Source of the DNA: an uncultured Dehalococcoidia bacterium | GTDB taxonomy: Bacteria; Chloroflexota; Dehalococcoidia; Lucifugimonadales; UBA826 | DNA: 59,993 bases | Assembly: GCA_964620395.1 (NCBI GenBank) | Contig: CAZUHE010000001.1 | Span: 1 to 59,993 of the forward strand | Reading direction: 5' to 3' | Shown here: piece by piece, positions 8,891 to 18,746 of the stretch | Position numbering within the stretch: the stretch's first letter is position 1 | Layout: every line of letters begins with the position of its first letter | Notes under the pieces: model-generated | Seen by the model: only the letters and a program-made list of their open reading frames with translations | What the model was told of the DNA's origin: nothing | The model's database searches: none | Translations under genes and position numbers: made by a program

Positions 8891-9916
8891 ATGAAGGCGG
8901 CAGTATATAAAGGTGAAGGAAAATTTAAAGTGGAAGACGTTCCACTTCCCGAGCTTACCCCTGATCAAGTTTTGGTCAAGGTCAAATATTGTGCTATTTG
9001 TGGTACTGATGTTCATACTGTTCTTTATGACGTTCTTGAGCCTGATTCAGTAATGGGGCATGAATATTGTGGGACGATAGCAGATATCGGCAAGGAAGTT
9101 ACAAAATGGAAGATAGGTGACAGGGTTGTTGGGGGAGGTGGGGATTCGCCTCCTGGAGTTTCTTATGGGATTATGGGGGACCCTCGATTTAGTTATCAAC
9201 AGAGTCTTGCTCAAGACCAGACAAGTGGTGCTTATGCAGAATACGTTTGTTTGCAGGAGTGGGAGCCGATGTCGATACCAGATGAAGTATCGGATCGTGC
9301 TGCTGCTATGTGTGAACCCTGTGCGATAGCGGTACATGCTGTTAGGAATTCAAGGATGCAGGTAGGAGACTCAGTTGCAATACTCGGAGCTGGGCCTGTC
9401 GGACTTTTGTGTTTGCAGGTTGCCAAGGCGGCTGGTGCAGGATCTGTCTACGTTTCTGAGCCAGCACCGGCGAGAAGAAGAACAGCGTTGGAATTGGGTG
9501 CAGATGAAGTTATAGATCCCTCTACAGAAGACGCTGTTGATAGAATGATTTCGTTAACCGGAGGACTGGGACCTCACATTGTCTTTGAATGTGCTGCTGC
9601 TAAGAATACTTTGGATCAAGGCTTGACTATGGCGAGGCGTTTCGGGCAAGTTGTTTTGGTTGCCATCGCTTGGAAGCCAACTTCGGTGTTGCCTGTAGAA
9701 TGGCTTGGGCGAGAAGTAGAAATGAAGGCTTCTGCTAGTAAGACGCCGGAAGACTGGGCAAGAGCTCTTGAATTAATAAGGACAGGCAAAGTTCGGATGG
9801 AGCCTCTGCTTTCTGATACTAGTTTTGTTCCACTTAGCAACATCCAACAATCATTTGAAAGCCTTTTTGAACCAAAAGGGGAAGTGAAAATTGTGGTTGA
9901 ACCATGGGCGACATAG
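8891..9916 (+). CDS. zinc-dependent alcohol dehydrogenase (MDR family, sorbitol/threonine dehydrogenase-like)
   Basis: The start was moved to MKAAVYKG (ATG 8891), which has SD AGGAGG 7 nt upstream. Motifs seen are CAICGTDVH, GHEYCGTIADIG and the Rossmann GAGPVGL. Confidence 0.85.
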   Translation: MKAAVYKGEGKFKVEDVPLPELTPDQVLVKVKYCAICGTDVHTVLYDVLEPDSVMGHEYCGTIADIGKEVTKWKIGDRVVGGGGDSPPGVSYGIMGDPRFSYQQSLAQDQTSGAYAEYVCLQEWEPMSIPDEVSDRAAAMCEPCAIAVHAVRNSRMQVGDSVAILGAGPVGLLCLQVAKAAGAGSVYVSEPAPARRRTALELGADEVIDPSTEDAVDRMISLTGGLGPHIVFECAAAKNTLDQGLTMARRFGQVVLVAIAWKPTSVLPVEWLGREVEMKASASKTPEDWARALELIRTGKVRMEPLLSDTSFVPLSNIQQSFESLFEPKGEVKIVVEPWAT

Positions 9917-10096
9917 TTAGAACTGATAGGGTAATTGAAGCAGAATAGATTCAATAATTTAGTGGTTACGAAGATGTTTGTAGTATTGTGATATCCAGAT
10001 TTTAACAGTGAGGGTGTTTTTCATATCCAGAATAAATTTTTATCATCCAGTGTTAGTAGAAAAATAGCTCTTTCATTTATCAGTTTTATTGTTTCA

Positions 10097-10990
10097 TTGT
10101 CATTGTGTTTGATTTTAGGCGAATGGTTGCTTAGATCCTATGGTCTTGGGGACCCAATTATCTATTATCAGGATGCTGCATATGGGTATGCCCTGGAACC
10201 TTCCCAGAAATCGGTAAGGTTGAGAAATTCCGTTATTACTATCAATGAGAGTGGGTTACGTTCTCAGGATAACTGGGATTTGGCAAAAGGCAAAAGGATT
10301 TTGTTTATGGGGGATAGTGTTACCTATGGAGGGTCCTATGTAGACGATTCTGAGATTTTTTCAACTTTGGTTTGTGGGTATATACCGGATAGTACATGCG
10401 GAAATGCCGGAGTTAATGGGTACGGGGTACTTAACATGGTATTGAGGTCACGCGTGGATCATAGGCTCGATAAAGCCGATATCGTCATTTTCACCGTTGT
10501 TCCCGGTGATTTCACCAGAGGGCTCACTACCATAAGTCATGTTCCTTATTACGTGGGCAAGCCCTCTGGATGGGTCCATACTAAACTTCCAGCTTTCATG
10601 GAACTACTTAATCATGTGGGATATTCATACAGCCTCGGCGGTGCCATTTCCAAATCCAAGAATAATTTTTCTAAGGACACTCAAGATCATTCCATTGAAG
10701 CCACACGATTTGCTCTTGATCAACTATTTGAAGAGATAGGTCGTCTGGAGTCTAATGATAAGGATGTGTTTGTATTTCTGAGTCCAGATAAAGAAGACAT
10801 AAGCTTTGAAAATAAAGTATCAGCGATGATACATTTGGAGTTGCAACGGCGATTAGGCTCTCGTTATTTGCCTGGAACATTTATGGATGAAGATAGATTC
10901 TATTACGATAATGTTCACTATGAAGTAGATGGACATCAACAGGCGGCTGCGAAGATATCTGAATTCATAATAGAGATGTTGTTGGAATGA
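10097..10990 (+). CDS. SGNH/GDSL-like hydrolase family protein with N-terminal hydrophobic segment
   Basis: 297 aa with a TTG start in the track. Block I-like FMGDSVTYGG and C-terminal DNVHYEVDGH (the DxxH catalytic pair context) fit the SGNH fold. Confidence 0.5.
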   Translation: MSLCLILGEWLLRSYGLGDPIIYYQDAAYGYALEPSQKSVRLRNSVITINESGLRSQDNWDLAKGKRILFMGDSVTYGGSYVDDSEIFSTLVCGYIPDSTCGNAGVNGYGVLNMVLRSRVDHRLDKADIVIFTVVPGDFTRGLTTISHVPYYVGKPSGWVHTKLPAFMELLNHVGYSYSLGGAISKSKNNFSKDTQDHSIEATRFALDQLFEEIGRLESNDKDVFVFLSPDKEDISFENKVSAMIHLELQRRLGSRYLPGTFMDEDRFYYDNVHYEVDGHQQAAAKISEFIIEMLLE

Positions 10991-11117
10991 CTCAGTGCTG
11001 CAAGATTACTATCTCAACCTCGGAAAGTCAGTATGGTTCTGGTAGGTACCCATGTGATGTAATCTACATTGCTAGAATATAATAGCTTTTATAAAAGATT
11101 ATTACTTGGGGGCCCCA

Positions 11118-11636
11118 ATGATTTCAAGAATGATGAGAGCCGCTTCACTAGATTCACATCTTTATGAGGAAGTAGAAGCGGATTCAAGCGCAATCCTGCA
11201 AGCTTTATTGATAGTGATTTTGGTCTCTATTGTAAGGGGAATATCTACTCTGACCGAGGCCGACAACGCGCTGTCAGGAATCGGGATAGGTGTTGTTGGG
11301 GGTTTGGTTTCTTGGTCAGTTTGGGCATTTATAACTTACATAATAGGTGTTAAGTTGCTTCGAACGGAAGCCACTAATTCCTCATGGGGTGAACTGGCCC
11401 GTGTTACAGGCTTTGCCCAAACTCCAGGATTGTTGTTTATATTAGTCTTGGTTCCTGTAGTTGGCCAGTATCTTGCTTTGCCGGTCCTTTTGTGGCAGTT
11501 GTTTGCTATGGTTGTGGGTATAAGACAAGCTCTCGATTATACTTCTACCCTTCGCGCTGTGTCGGTGGTTTTGATTGGTTTTGTCGTCGTGATCATCATC
11601 CAATACATGCTTTTTGCTTTGGTCGGTGGTGCGTAG
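11118..11636 (+). CDS. Yip1-domain integral membrane protein
   Basis: About 172 aa from ATG 11118 (GGGGG just upstream). It has about 5 hydrophobic helices and the Yip1-like layout (RMMRAASLDSHLYEEVEAD..., GFAQTPGLLFIL). Confidence 0.55.
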   Translation: MISRMMRAASLDSHLYEEVEADSSAILQALLIVILVSIVRGISTLTEADNALSGIGIGVVGGLVSWSVWAFITYIIGVKLLRTEATNSSWGELARVTGFAQTPGLLFILVLVPVVGQYLALPVLLWQLFAMVVGIRQALDYTSTLRAVSVVLIGFVVVIIIQYMLFALVGGA

Positions 11637-11707
11637 ATATCTTTTGGCTTTCGAATATGTAAACTGATTTGATTTGGCAGTAGGGTATATTTTTCTAGGG
11701 GTTATGT

Positions 11708-14080
11708 ATGGTTTGTGGTAGTTGCGGTAAGGATAATTCTGACGGTAATCAATTCTGCACAGGCTGCGGTGATAAATTGTCTTCGTCGGAAGAATTTCTC
11801 ATGAAAGATGAAGATATGGAAAGTGATCCTGAACCTGCGACTTTGGCCGATCTTACTGTAAGAGTAAAGAATCTGGAACGAGACCTCTCACGAATGAGAG
11901 GTATCTTGGAAAAAGGAAGTTATGGTGTATCTGCGACAAGGGATCTACAGCCTACCGCTTTAAGAAGGTCTTCTGATAAAACTGATGACGAAATTGTACT
12001 GTCTCCTTCAGAGAAAGAAGGTGGTTATGGTTCGCTCGGAAACAAGATTCCATTACTAAACCTACGTTTAAATTTTCTAACCTTTGAAAGATTGGTTGGT
12101 CTGAACTGGCTTGCAATCGTGGGGGCGTTGGCTTTGGTGGTTGGAATAGGGTTCTTCTTAAAACTTGCTTTTGACAACGATTGGATTGGTGTCACAGGCC
12201 GAATTGCCCTTGGTTTATCAGTGGCAATTATTATGCTGGGTTTGGGTGATTATTGTCACGGTAAACTCTTGGGTTGGGCAAGAGCCGTAACGGGTGGGGG
12301 CATTGCCATATTATACCTCTCAGTGTATGCCACTTTTGGGTTTTTTACGTTAATTGATCCAATTCCTGCACTTTTGTTTCTTTCTCTGATAGTTGCGTTA
12401 ACGGGTGTTTTGTCCCTACGTTACGAATCTAGGACGATAGCCGTGCTTGGTATGGTTGGAGCTTTCATTACCCCTGTGTTACTAAATGGAGATCTGGATT
12501 CATCGCAGCGGTTTATACTCTTAATCTATGTTGTTGTCGTTGATTTAGGTATCCTCGCGATTTCAATATTGAGGAATTGGCGCTGGTTCACATTAATAGG
12601 GTTAGTTGCATCATATGGTCTTTTTGCCATATGGATGGATCAAGTTCCCGATAGCGAAATATTATTGGCACTGACGGGTTTGACGGCAATTCTTTTCATA
12701 TTTGTCGGGGCCACCACAATTTTTCATATCAAATGGAAGAAAATACCTGGTTCACTTGATCTGGCGCTCATGACATTAAACGTCGCCGCTTATTATGTGA
12801 TATCCATAAATTTGCTTTGGGATGACTATGAATCGTGGTTGGGCCTTTTCACGATTTTGTTGGCCTCTTTCTACGCATTGATTGCCTTTAGTGCGACTAT
12901 TAGGTCGGGGGTTTCCCATACAATACCGTTGTATGCTCTAGGTACGGCGATTCTTTTTCTAACCTTAGCTGTTCCCATTCAGCTTAGTGGGTCTTGGATA
13001 ACTATGGCGTGGGCAATTCAAGGGGCTATCCTCATTTGGTTGAGCTTGGTGACTGACAGGCCTGTTCTTAGGATTTTTTCCCTGGGTGTTTTTGTCGCTG
13101 TTGCGGCTCGGTTAGTCATTTTCGACACTTTTGTAGAAACTGATGTTTACAGACCTTTTTTCAATGAGAGAGTATTAACATTTTTAATATCGATAGTGGC
13201 GATATATCTTGCGGCTTATCTATTGAAAAGGGAACATAGAAAGTTGGCAGTATGGGAATTGCATCTTAGTAGTCTGTTTTACGGTGTCGGCAACTTTTTC
13301 ACGCTGTGGGGTCTAAGTGCTGAAATAATTTCATACTTTGACAATAAAGAATCTGTAACCGCCACGCCGTCAGTGAGCGTAAATCGCGACCTGGGATTTG
13401 TGTTATTGACACCACTCTGGGCATTATATTCCTTTATTGTGATATCGGTATCTATTTTTAGAGACTCCCGTGTATTGAGATTATTGGGTGTGATCGCAGC
13501 GATTGTTACCGTCCTAAAACTGGTAACGCTGGACTCTTTTGTTTTTGGAGATGTACAGGAGACTTTCATCTTATTCTTAAACGTCCATTTTCTCGCAGCA
13601 TTGATGGTTGTTTTTGCTCTTGCTATATCTGCGTATAAATACTTGCGTTTAGGCATTGAATTGATGCCCATTGAGAAATACGTATTTCGAATTCTAATCA
13701 GTCTTGCTGCATTTACCGGAATATGGGCTTTAAGCACGGAAATTATCCGGTATTTCAATTATCAGGAACTTACCTCAGCGAAATCCGTATCTGATATTGA
13801 AAACGCAAAGCAACTTGCGTTGACCGTACTGTGGACTATGTATGCTATTGGCATTGTGATTATAGGAATAATTAGAAGGACGAGTAGGTTACGGTTGATA
13901 GGTCTCGTAGTACTCCTTATTCCGGTGCTCAAACTCTTTATTTTTGACGTTTTCCAGCTTGAACAAGAATACCGAGTTGTTGCTTTTATCGCTCTTGGTG
14001 GGTTACTACTTCTTACAGGACTCGCTTATCAATGGAAGAGAAAAGAGATTAGGGAGTTTTTAATTGGTGATGTCGCTTAA
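11708..14080 (+). CDS. zinc-ribbon + DUF2339-like polytopic membrane protein
   Basis: 790 aa. The N-terminal zinc ribbon is CGSCGKDNSDGNQFCTGCG. A charged coiled-coil-like segment follows (LADLTVRVKNLERDLSRMRGILEK), then a very long run of hydrophobic helices. SD AGGGG lies upstream. Confidence 0.55.
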   Translation: MVCGSCGKDNSDGNQFCTGCGDKLSSSEEFLMKDEDMESDPEPATLADLTVRVKNLERDLSRMRGILEKGSYGVSATRDLQPTALRRSSDKTDDEIVLSPSEKEGGYGSLGNKIPLLNLRLNFLTFERLVGLNWLAIVGALALVVGIGFFLKLAFDNDWIGVTGRIALGLSVAIIMLGLGDYCHGKLLGWARAVTGGGIAILYLSVYATFGFFTLIDPIPALLFLSLIVALTGVLSLRYESRTIAVLGMVGAFITPVLLNGDLDSSQRFILLIYVVVVDLGILAISILRNWRWFTLIGLVASYGLFAIWMDQVPDSEILLALTGLTAILFIFVGATTIFHIKWKKIPGSLDLALMTLNVAAYYVISINLLWDDYESWLGLFTILLASFYALIAFSATIRSGVSHTIPLYALGTAILFLTLAVPIQLSGSWITMAWAIQGAILIWLSLVTDRPVLRIFSLGVFVAVAARLVIFDTFVETDVYRPFFNERVLTFLISIVAIYLAAYLLKREHRKLAVWELHLSSLFYGVGNFFTLWGLSAEIISYFDNKESVTATPSVSVNRDLGFVLLTPLWALYSFIVISVSIFRDSRVLRLLGVIAAIVTVLKLVTLDSFVFGDVQETFILFLNVHFLAALMVVFALAISAYKYLRLGIELMPIEKYVFRILISLAAFTGIWALSTEIIRYFNYQELTSAKSVSDIENAKQLALTVLWTMYAIGIVIIGIIRRTSRLRLIGLVVLLIPVLKLFIFDVFQLEQEYRVVAFIALGGLLLLTGLAYQWKRKEIREFLIGDVA

Positions 14081-15374
14081 CGTTATCATTAGAATTATTC
14101 CGTTTTTCTTGTTAGGGATAATTGTTTTGAATTTTTCTATGTTGACAGCCTGGGCTGACTTTAAGCATAGCGAATGGCCGTTCAGTAAAAATGTTTCGTT
14201 GCCAAAAGCGTTTGATGGTATGTCATATGTGGTTGTTTCTCTTGACGAAGATGTCTATAAAGATTCTCTTCCGGATTTTTCGGATATCCGTGTCGTGGAT
14301 ATGGCTGATTTTAAGGAAGTACCTTACAAGATGGAGATCGGACGTGGGACTAAGATAAAAAAATCATTTGATGTTACGTTGCATGATTATCATGAAATTT
14401 CGGGTCAGTATACTGAATTCATCGCCGATGTCGGAGAAACCAGTATCCTACACAATGAACTTGTAATAGAGACCTATGCTACAAACTTCCGATACGATGT
14501 TTTTACTGAAGGTAGTCACGACAAAAAGGAGTGGGTGCCATTAGGTCGGGACAGTATTTTTGATGTGACTATATTAGATAAAGATTTTAAGGCACAGAAT
14601 ACGATTGTAAGATACCCTCCCAACACCTACAGGTATATTAAATCTAGAGTTGTAAGTGGTGATGCTACTGTTCTTAAAGTCGTAGGGTTAAAACTCCAAT
14701 ATTTTGAGGAATCATTGCCAGAAAAAAGAAGTCTGGTCCCGCTTATTCAAAGTCACTTAGATGATAAAGAAAACAAGGTTTCTGAATTTGTCTTAGACCT
14801 AAAAATTTCTGGTTTTCCAACGAATGAGATCATGTTTCGTGTACAGGAAGACAATTTTTATAGGAAAGTACAGATAGAAGGTAGTGATGATAAAAGGAAC
14901 TGGGTAGAGGTAAATGATTCTGGCTTTATTTATTCGTACGGTGATGGTGATCTACAAAGAAAAAAGTCATCAATATTTTTTCCGGAAACGCGTAATCGCT
15001 ACTTAAGGATAACTATTTTGAACGAGGATGACTTACCTTTGATTTATGGAGACATGACGTTGTTTGCTTTTGAGCATCAAGTGGTTTTTGAAGCCGATGC
15101 GAAAGTAAAATATTCAATTTTCTACGGTAACAAATCAGCCATAAGGCCTGTATACGATTTGGAGCGTACCTTTGGGTCCATGAGTGTACAAACCCTTCCT
15201 CAAGCTAATCTGGGTGAACAAGTTGATAATCTTGATTACCAGCCTACTATTCCCGTAACTGAACGGTTTCAATGGTTTCTACCAATGTGCGTTGGGGTTG
15301 CTGCCTTGATAGTTGCATTATTGGTGGTGAAAACATACCGAAAGATAAATAAATCGGCTGTTTCTGAAAAATAA
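14070..15374 (+). CDS. DUF3999-like secreted/membrane-anchored protein
   Basis: About 434 aa. It has an N-terminal signal/anchor (IIPFFLLGIIVLNFSMLTAWA) and a C-terminal TM (WFLPMCVGVAALIVALLVV). The ATG at 14070 overlaps the stop of the upstream DUF2339-like gene by 11 nt. The family call rests on recalled DUF2339/DUF3999 neighbourhood and overall layout, and is unverified. Confidence 0.4.
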   Translation: MSLNVIIRIIPFFLLGIIVLNFSMLTAWADFKHSEWPFSKNVSLPKAFDGMSYVVVSLDEDVYKDSLPDFSDIRVVDMADFKEVPYKMEIGRGTKIKKSFDVTLHDYHEISGQYTEFIADVGETSILHNELVIETYATNFRYDVFTEGSHDKKEWVPLGRDSIFDVTILDKDFKAQNTIVRYPPNTYRYIKSRVVSGDATVLKVVGLKLQYFEESLPEKRSLVPLIQSHLDDKENKVSEFVLDLKISGFPTNEIMFRVQEDNFYRKVQIEGSDDKRNWVEVNDSGFIYSYGDGDLQRKKSSIFFPETRNRYLRITILNEDDLPLIYGDMTLFAFEHQVVFEADAKVKYSIFYGNKSAIRPVYDLERTFGSMSVQTLPQANLGEQVDNLDYQPTIPVTERFQWFLPMCVGVAALIVALLVVKTYRKINKSAVSEK

Positions 15375-15429
15375 TAGAGCAGGGCTATTAAATTATTTTA
15401 ACAATATCAATATTGATTTGGGGGAGTAC

Positions 15430-16536
15430 ATGCAGGTAGGAAGTTATAAGGTAGCTAGTCCGGAAATGATAGATACTCCCGCGATGGTCACGTATCCACA
15501 TCTTGTGGCTAGTAATATAGACGAAATTATACGAATGTGTGGAGGTGCAGAAAATATAGTACCTCATGCAAAGACACATAAATCAAAAAGTGTAATAGAA
15601 ATGCAAGTTGAGAAAGGAATATTTTCCTATAAGTGTGCAACGTTGAAAGAGGCAGAAATGGCGGTATCTGGTGGTGCACATGAAATAATTCTTGCCTATC
15701 CTCTTTTGCACCCAATCAAACTAAGAAGATTCATTGATATGGTTCAAAAGTATCCCGATGTGACATTTCGTACTATAGCCAGTACAGAGGAGCATCTTTT
15801 GGCCATGTCAAAAATGGCTACAAAGGATAATGTCACCCTGGATGTATATATGGACCTAGACACAGGCATGAGAAGAACCGGGGTACAACCAGGTATGAAG
15901 GCCTGTGATTTTTATTGCTCAATTGCAGATAAAAACAATTTGAATCCCGTAGGAGTTCACGTTTTTGATGGGGAGACGCTGTATATTACTGATTTTGAAA
16001 GACGAAGTGAGTTGGTTACCCGTACGGTAAGCAGCTTAAAAGATATTTGGGAGAACGCAGAGAAAAACCAAATACCAGTTGCAGATAACCTTGTTGGAGG
16101 CTCATGGTCTTTCAGTCATTACATACAGGAACCCAATATAAGGGTTACTCCAGGTACCTGGATTTACTGGGATACTCGTAATGCAGAGATGGAAGAATTG
16201 GATTTTGATATAGCCAGTTTGATTCTGGGACAAGTTATAGATTCGGATGATGATAAAGATACAGTTACTGTCGACATAGGATCAAAATCTTCCTCTTCTG
16301 ATCAACCCTTGGTACATAGGTTCAAGATAATTGGTTTTCCGAATACGGAATTGATTGCCCAAAGTGAAGAGCATGGTGTTGTTAAGTTGAATGGGGATAT
16401 ATTAAATGTGGGAGATTACATACTTGCTGCCCCTGGTCACGCATGTACTTTAACAGTTAAATTTCCATTTACTAATGTTATAAGCGAAAAAGGTCTCCCC
16501 GAGGGGTTTTTTATGCATGATGCCAGGGATCGATAA
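15430..16536 (+). CDS. D-threonine aldolase / D-serine dehydratase-like PLP enzyme (alanine racemase N-terminal fold, D-TA family)
   Basis: The PLP-lysine context is VPHAKTHKSKSV, followed by KCATLKEAEMA. The C-terminal part is EEHGVV...GHAC. ATG 15430 is preceded by GGGGGAG; the track start at TTG 15418 is less likely. Confidence 0.75.
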   Translation: MQVGSYKVASPEMIDTPAMVTYPHLVASNIDEIIRMCGGAENIVPHAKTHKSKSVIEMQVEKGIFSYKCATLKEAEMAVSGGAHEIILAYPLLHPIKLRRFIDMVQKYPDVTFRTIASTEEHLLAMSKMATKDNVTLDVYMDLDTGMRRTGVQPGMKACDFYCSIADKNNLNPVGVHVFDGETLYITDFERRSELVTRTVSSLKDIWENAEKNQIPVADNLVGGSWSFSHYIQEPNIRVTPGTWIYWDTRNAEMEELDFDIASLILGQVIDSDDDKDTVTVDIGSKSSSSDQPLVHRFKIIGFPNTELIAQSEEHGVVKLNGDILNVGDYILAAPGHACTLTVKFPFTNVISEKGLPEGFFMHDARDR

Positions 16537-16540
16537 GACC

Positions 16541-16780
16541 TTATAAATTGAGCTTGGCAGCTAGTTCTTCGTCTGTAGGCTCTACCAAAATACTGCCGTC
16601 CGGAAACACGATTGTTGGAACTCTTTCCATTCCTTTGTTTAGACTGCGTATATATGTGCGATACTGGGACTCTGTGTCCACATCAGTCCACTCATAGTCG
16701 ATTTTGTTCTTGTCCATAAAGGTCTTTGAGCGGACGCAATCCCCGCACCATTCAGTGCCATATACTCTGATTTTATTCAT
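16541..16780 (-). CDS. glutaredoxin/NrdH-like small redoxin
   Basis: 79 aa from MNKIRVYGTEWCGDCVRSK (CxxC motif), with a VPTIVFPDG cis-Pro context. AAGGG SD lies 9 nt upstream of ATG 16780. The longer track ORF to 16849 would overlap the upstream gene. Confidence 0.75.
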   Translation of the reverse strand: MNKIRVYGTEWCGDCVRSKTFMDKNKIDYEWTDVDTESQYRTYIRSLNKGMERVPTIVFPDGSILVEPTDEELAAKLNL

Positions 16781-16811
16781 ATGTATGTACCCTTTTTCTA
16801 TTGTTAAATAA

Positions 16812-17204
16812 TCAAGTCGACACAGATGGAAGTTTTCCCATATCACCAAGTACTTTTTTTACCGTTTTCATGGCTGAAAGCGATGCTGGTACTCCAGCAT
16901 AGACTGAACTATGGATTAGTAGAGCTAGGAGCTCTTCTGGGGAAACCCCATTCTGTATTGCTCCCTTAGTGTGAAGGGCTATTTCAGCATCAGATTTAAG
17001 TGCAATAAGTACCGACAAGGTTATGATGCTTTTGGTTTTACGGTCCAATGGGCCTCTACTCCAGACTCCCCCCCATGCCGATTCAGTGATAAATTCCTGA
17101 AAAGGCTTATCGAAAGGAGTGGCGTTTTCAAACGATTCGTTTACATAAGTTTCTCCGAGGACTTCCTTTCTGATTCTGAGCCCTTCTTCAAATTTTTTGG
17201 ACAA
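16812..17204 (-). CDS. carboxymuconolactone decarboxylase (CMD/PcaC-like) family protein
   Basis: 130 aa. The typical CMD layout is present (FITESAWGGVWSRGPLDRKTKSIITLSVLIAL...ELLALLIHSSVYAGVPA). The TTG start has AAGGAA SD. Confidence 0.8.
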   Translation of the reverse strand: MSKKFEEGLRIRKEVLGETYVNESFENATPFDKPFQEFITESAWGGVWSRGPLDRKTKSIITLSVLIALKSDAEIALHTKGAIQNGVSPEELLALLIHSSVYAGVPASLSAMKTVKKVLGDMGKLPSVST

Positions 17205-17325
17205 GGTAGTTTCCTTTTATATCACTAGTTTTTGCCAATGTTGATAATGGATTTTGATTTTGAACGTTTCACCATCATCATCGTATTATCCCGTGAGATT
17301 TTTTTTCAAAAAATAGAGAGGGTCT

Positions 17326-18450
17326 TTAATCGACAATGAATTTTTTCAAAGCTTCTGGGTCAACTTCCAATCCATGTCCTGGCCTGTCGGGGAGTGTTAT
17401 TGAACCGTTTTCTGGAAGCACTGGATCCTTAAACAGTTTTGCGACTTGCTCTGCTGGCCCAGTAAATTCCTCCGAGAATTCGTGAGGGCGTATTGCGTTT
17501 GTGACGGTTGAATATAGATGTAGGCTTGCCATTGAGTTAGCTCCGACACTAGGGCTATGAGGCATAATGATTTTGTTGTAAACCACTGCCATCTCATACA
17601 CTCGTATCATCTCAGATAATCCCCCAACATTGAGTATATCTGGCTGCAGTATATCTGGGTTTGCAATGTTCATCAGGTCCCTGAATCGCCAAGATGAAAT
17701 TTCTTGTTCTCCTGTGGACACCGCACAATCCAGTGCATCTACTACTTGTTTTAATCCAGGGTAATCGTATTGAGGTAATGGTTCTTCAAAATGAGCTATT
17801 CCCAAATCCTCGAATTTTCTACCTTGTTCTATTGCGGTTGGGACAGAATAACCGCAGTTGGCGTCGAAACTTAGAGGGCAATCATCGGGAAGCCATTCTC
17901 GGCATTTCTTAAAGATAGCGTAATCTTTAACTGGGTCAGCGTCTTGACGATAATCTCGCCAGTCCATTCTAACTTTGAAAGCCCTGTAGCCTTTATCGTA
18001 ACCTTCCTGTACTTCCGATAACATTTCCTCGGGTGACTTGCTCCATCCATTTCCCCGGCTCCAGTAAAGAGGAATCTCAGTTCTTCTGGCACCACCTAGC
18101 AGCTGATATATAGGCATACCTGCAGCTTTTCCGGCAATATCCCATAGGGCGACGTCAATGGCTCCAACTATTTGAGACGGGAATCTGGTGGCTTGTTGCC
18201 CTTTTCCGAGTGCTAACAGCTCCCATATTTTTCTTGTTCGAGTCGGGTCTTCTCCAATTAGTAGAGGTTTTATTAGATCATCCAAATATGCCTTGAACAC
18301 TTTAAGGTTGCGGCTTCCTTCAGATATACCAGTTATTCCCTCATCGGTGTGTATCTGAAGAAGGAGTCTACCTGGTCTTCCTACGAAGCTTTTTGCATTA
18401 TCGTCTTGCGGGGCCTGAATATGGTTGACTGATATATTGGTAATTTTCAT
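17326..18450 (-). CDS. enolase-superfamily enzyme (mandelate racemase / muconate lactonizing family)
   Basis: 374 aa. The N-terminal capping domain is MKITN...IHTDEGITGISEG, followed by ALWDIAGKAAGMPIYQLLGG and metal-ligand contexts FDAN / EEP / GEQE. SD AAAGGA. Confidence 0.85.
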   Translation of the reverse strand: MKITNISVNHIQAPQDDNAKSFVGRPGRLLLQIHTDEGITGISEGSRNLKVFKAYLDDLIKPLLIGEDPTRTRKIWELLALGKGQQATRFPSQIVGAIDVALWDIAGKAAGMPIYQLLGGARRTEIPLYWSRGNGWSKSPEEMLSEVQEGYDKGYRAFKVRMDWRDYRQDADPVKDYAIFKKCREWLPDDCPLSFDANCGYSVPTAIEQGRKFEDLGIAHFEEPLPQYDYPGLKQVVDALDCAVSTGEQEISSWRFRDLMNIANPDILQPDILNVGGLSEMIRVYEMAVVYNKIIMPHSPSVGANSMASLHLYSTVTNAIRPHEFSEEFTGPAEQVAKLFKDPVLPENGSITLPDRPGHGLEVDPEALKKFIVD

Positions 18451-18746
18451 ATCTAATCCTTTAATTCATTTTATTGTTAATTAAAATGATCTTAATCTCG
18501 TCAGGATGATAACTTATCTGCTAGCTGAACATAATGTAAACCCTCAAGTTACTCTTTTGATAGGTTATACTTGTTGTAAATTTATACATTACATATTCAT
18601 ATTAATATAGTCTCATCGTAACTCATCGCCCTATAGAAATAGTAAAATCCACCGAGGATCTTAAAAATCTGGTAAAGCAAGCCAGAAACACCCCTTATGT
18701 CGGTATTGATATTGAAGGGAATGGCTTTTTCAGGTACCCAGAGAAA

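Noticed and set aside
9991-10050. Direct repeats ATATCCAGA (9991-9999, 10023-10031) and ATCATCCAG (10042-10050) upstream of the SGNH hydrolase gene
   Set aside because: These are short repeats with irregular spacing in AT-rich intergenic DNA and are compatible with chance. I recognise no matching regulator motif.
13279-13758. Antisense ORFs inside membrane-protein genes (13279-13758, 24793-25308, 36628-36939, 45706-46395, 44374-44886, 49797-50182)
   Set aside because: Each lies fully within and opposite to a gene that has clear family motifs. Long antisense ORFs are expected opposite hydrophobic, codon-biased genes, and none shows a motif.
15406-15417. Perfect 12-bp palindrome ATCAATATTGAT just upstream of the D-TA family gene
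   Set aside because: It is an AT-only palindrome in an AT-rich spacer, and only a single copy is present. It could be an operator, but nothing distinguishes it from chance.
17262-17325. TTTTTTGAAAAAAAA palindrome after the enolase-family gene at 17326, checked as a terminator
   Set aside because: The stem is pure A/T with no GC clamp and is not a credible intrinsic terminator.
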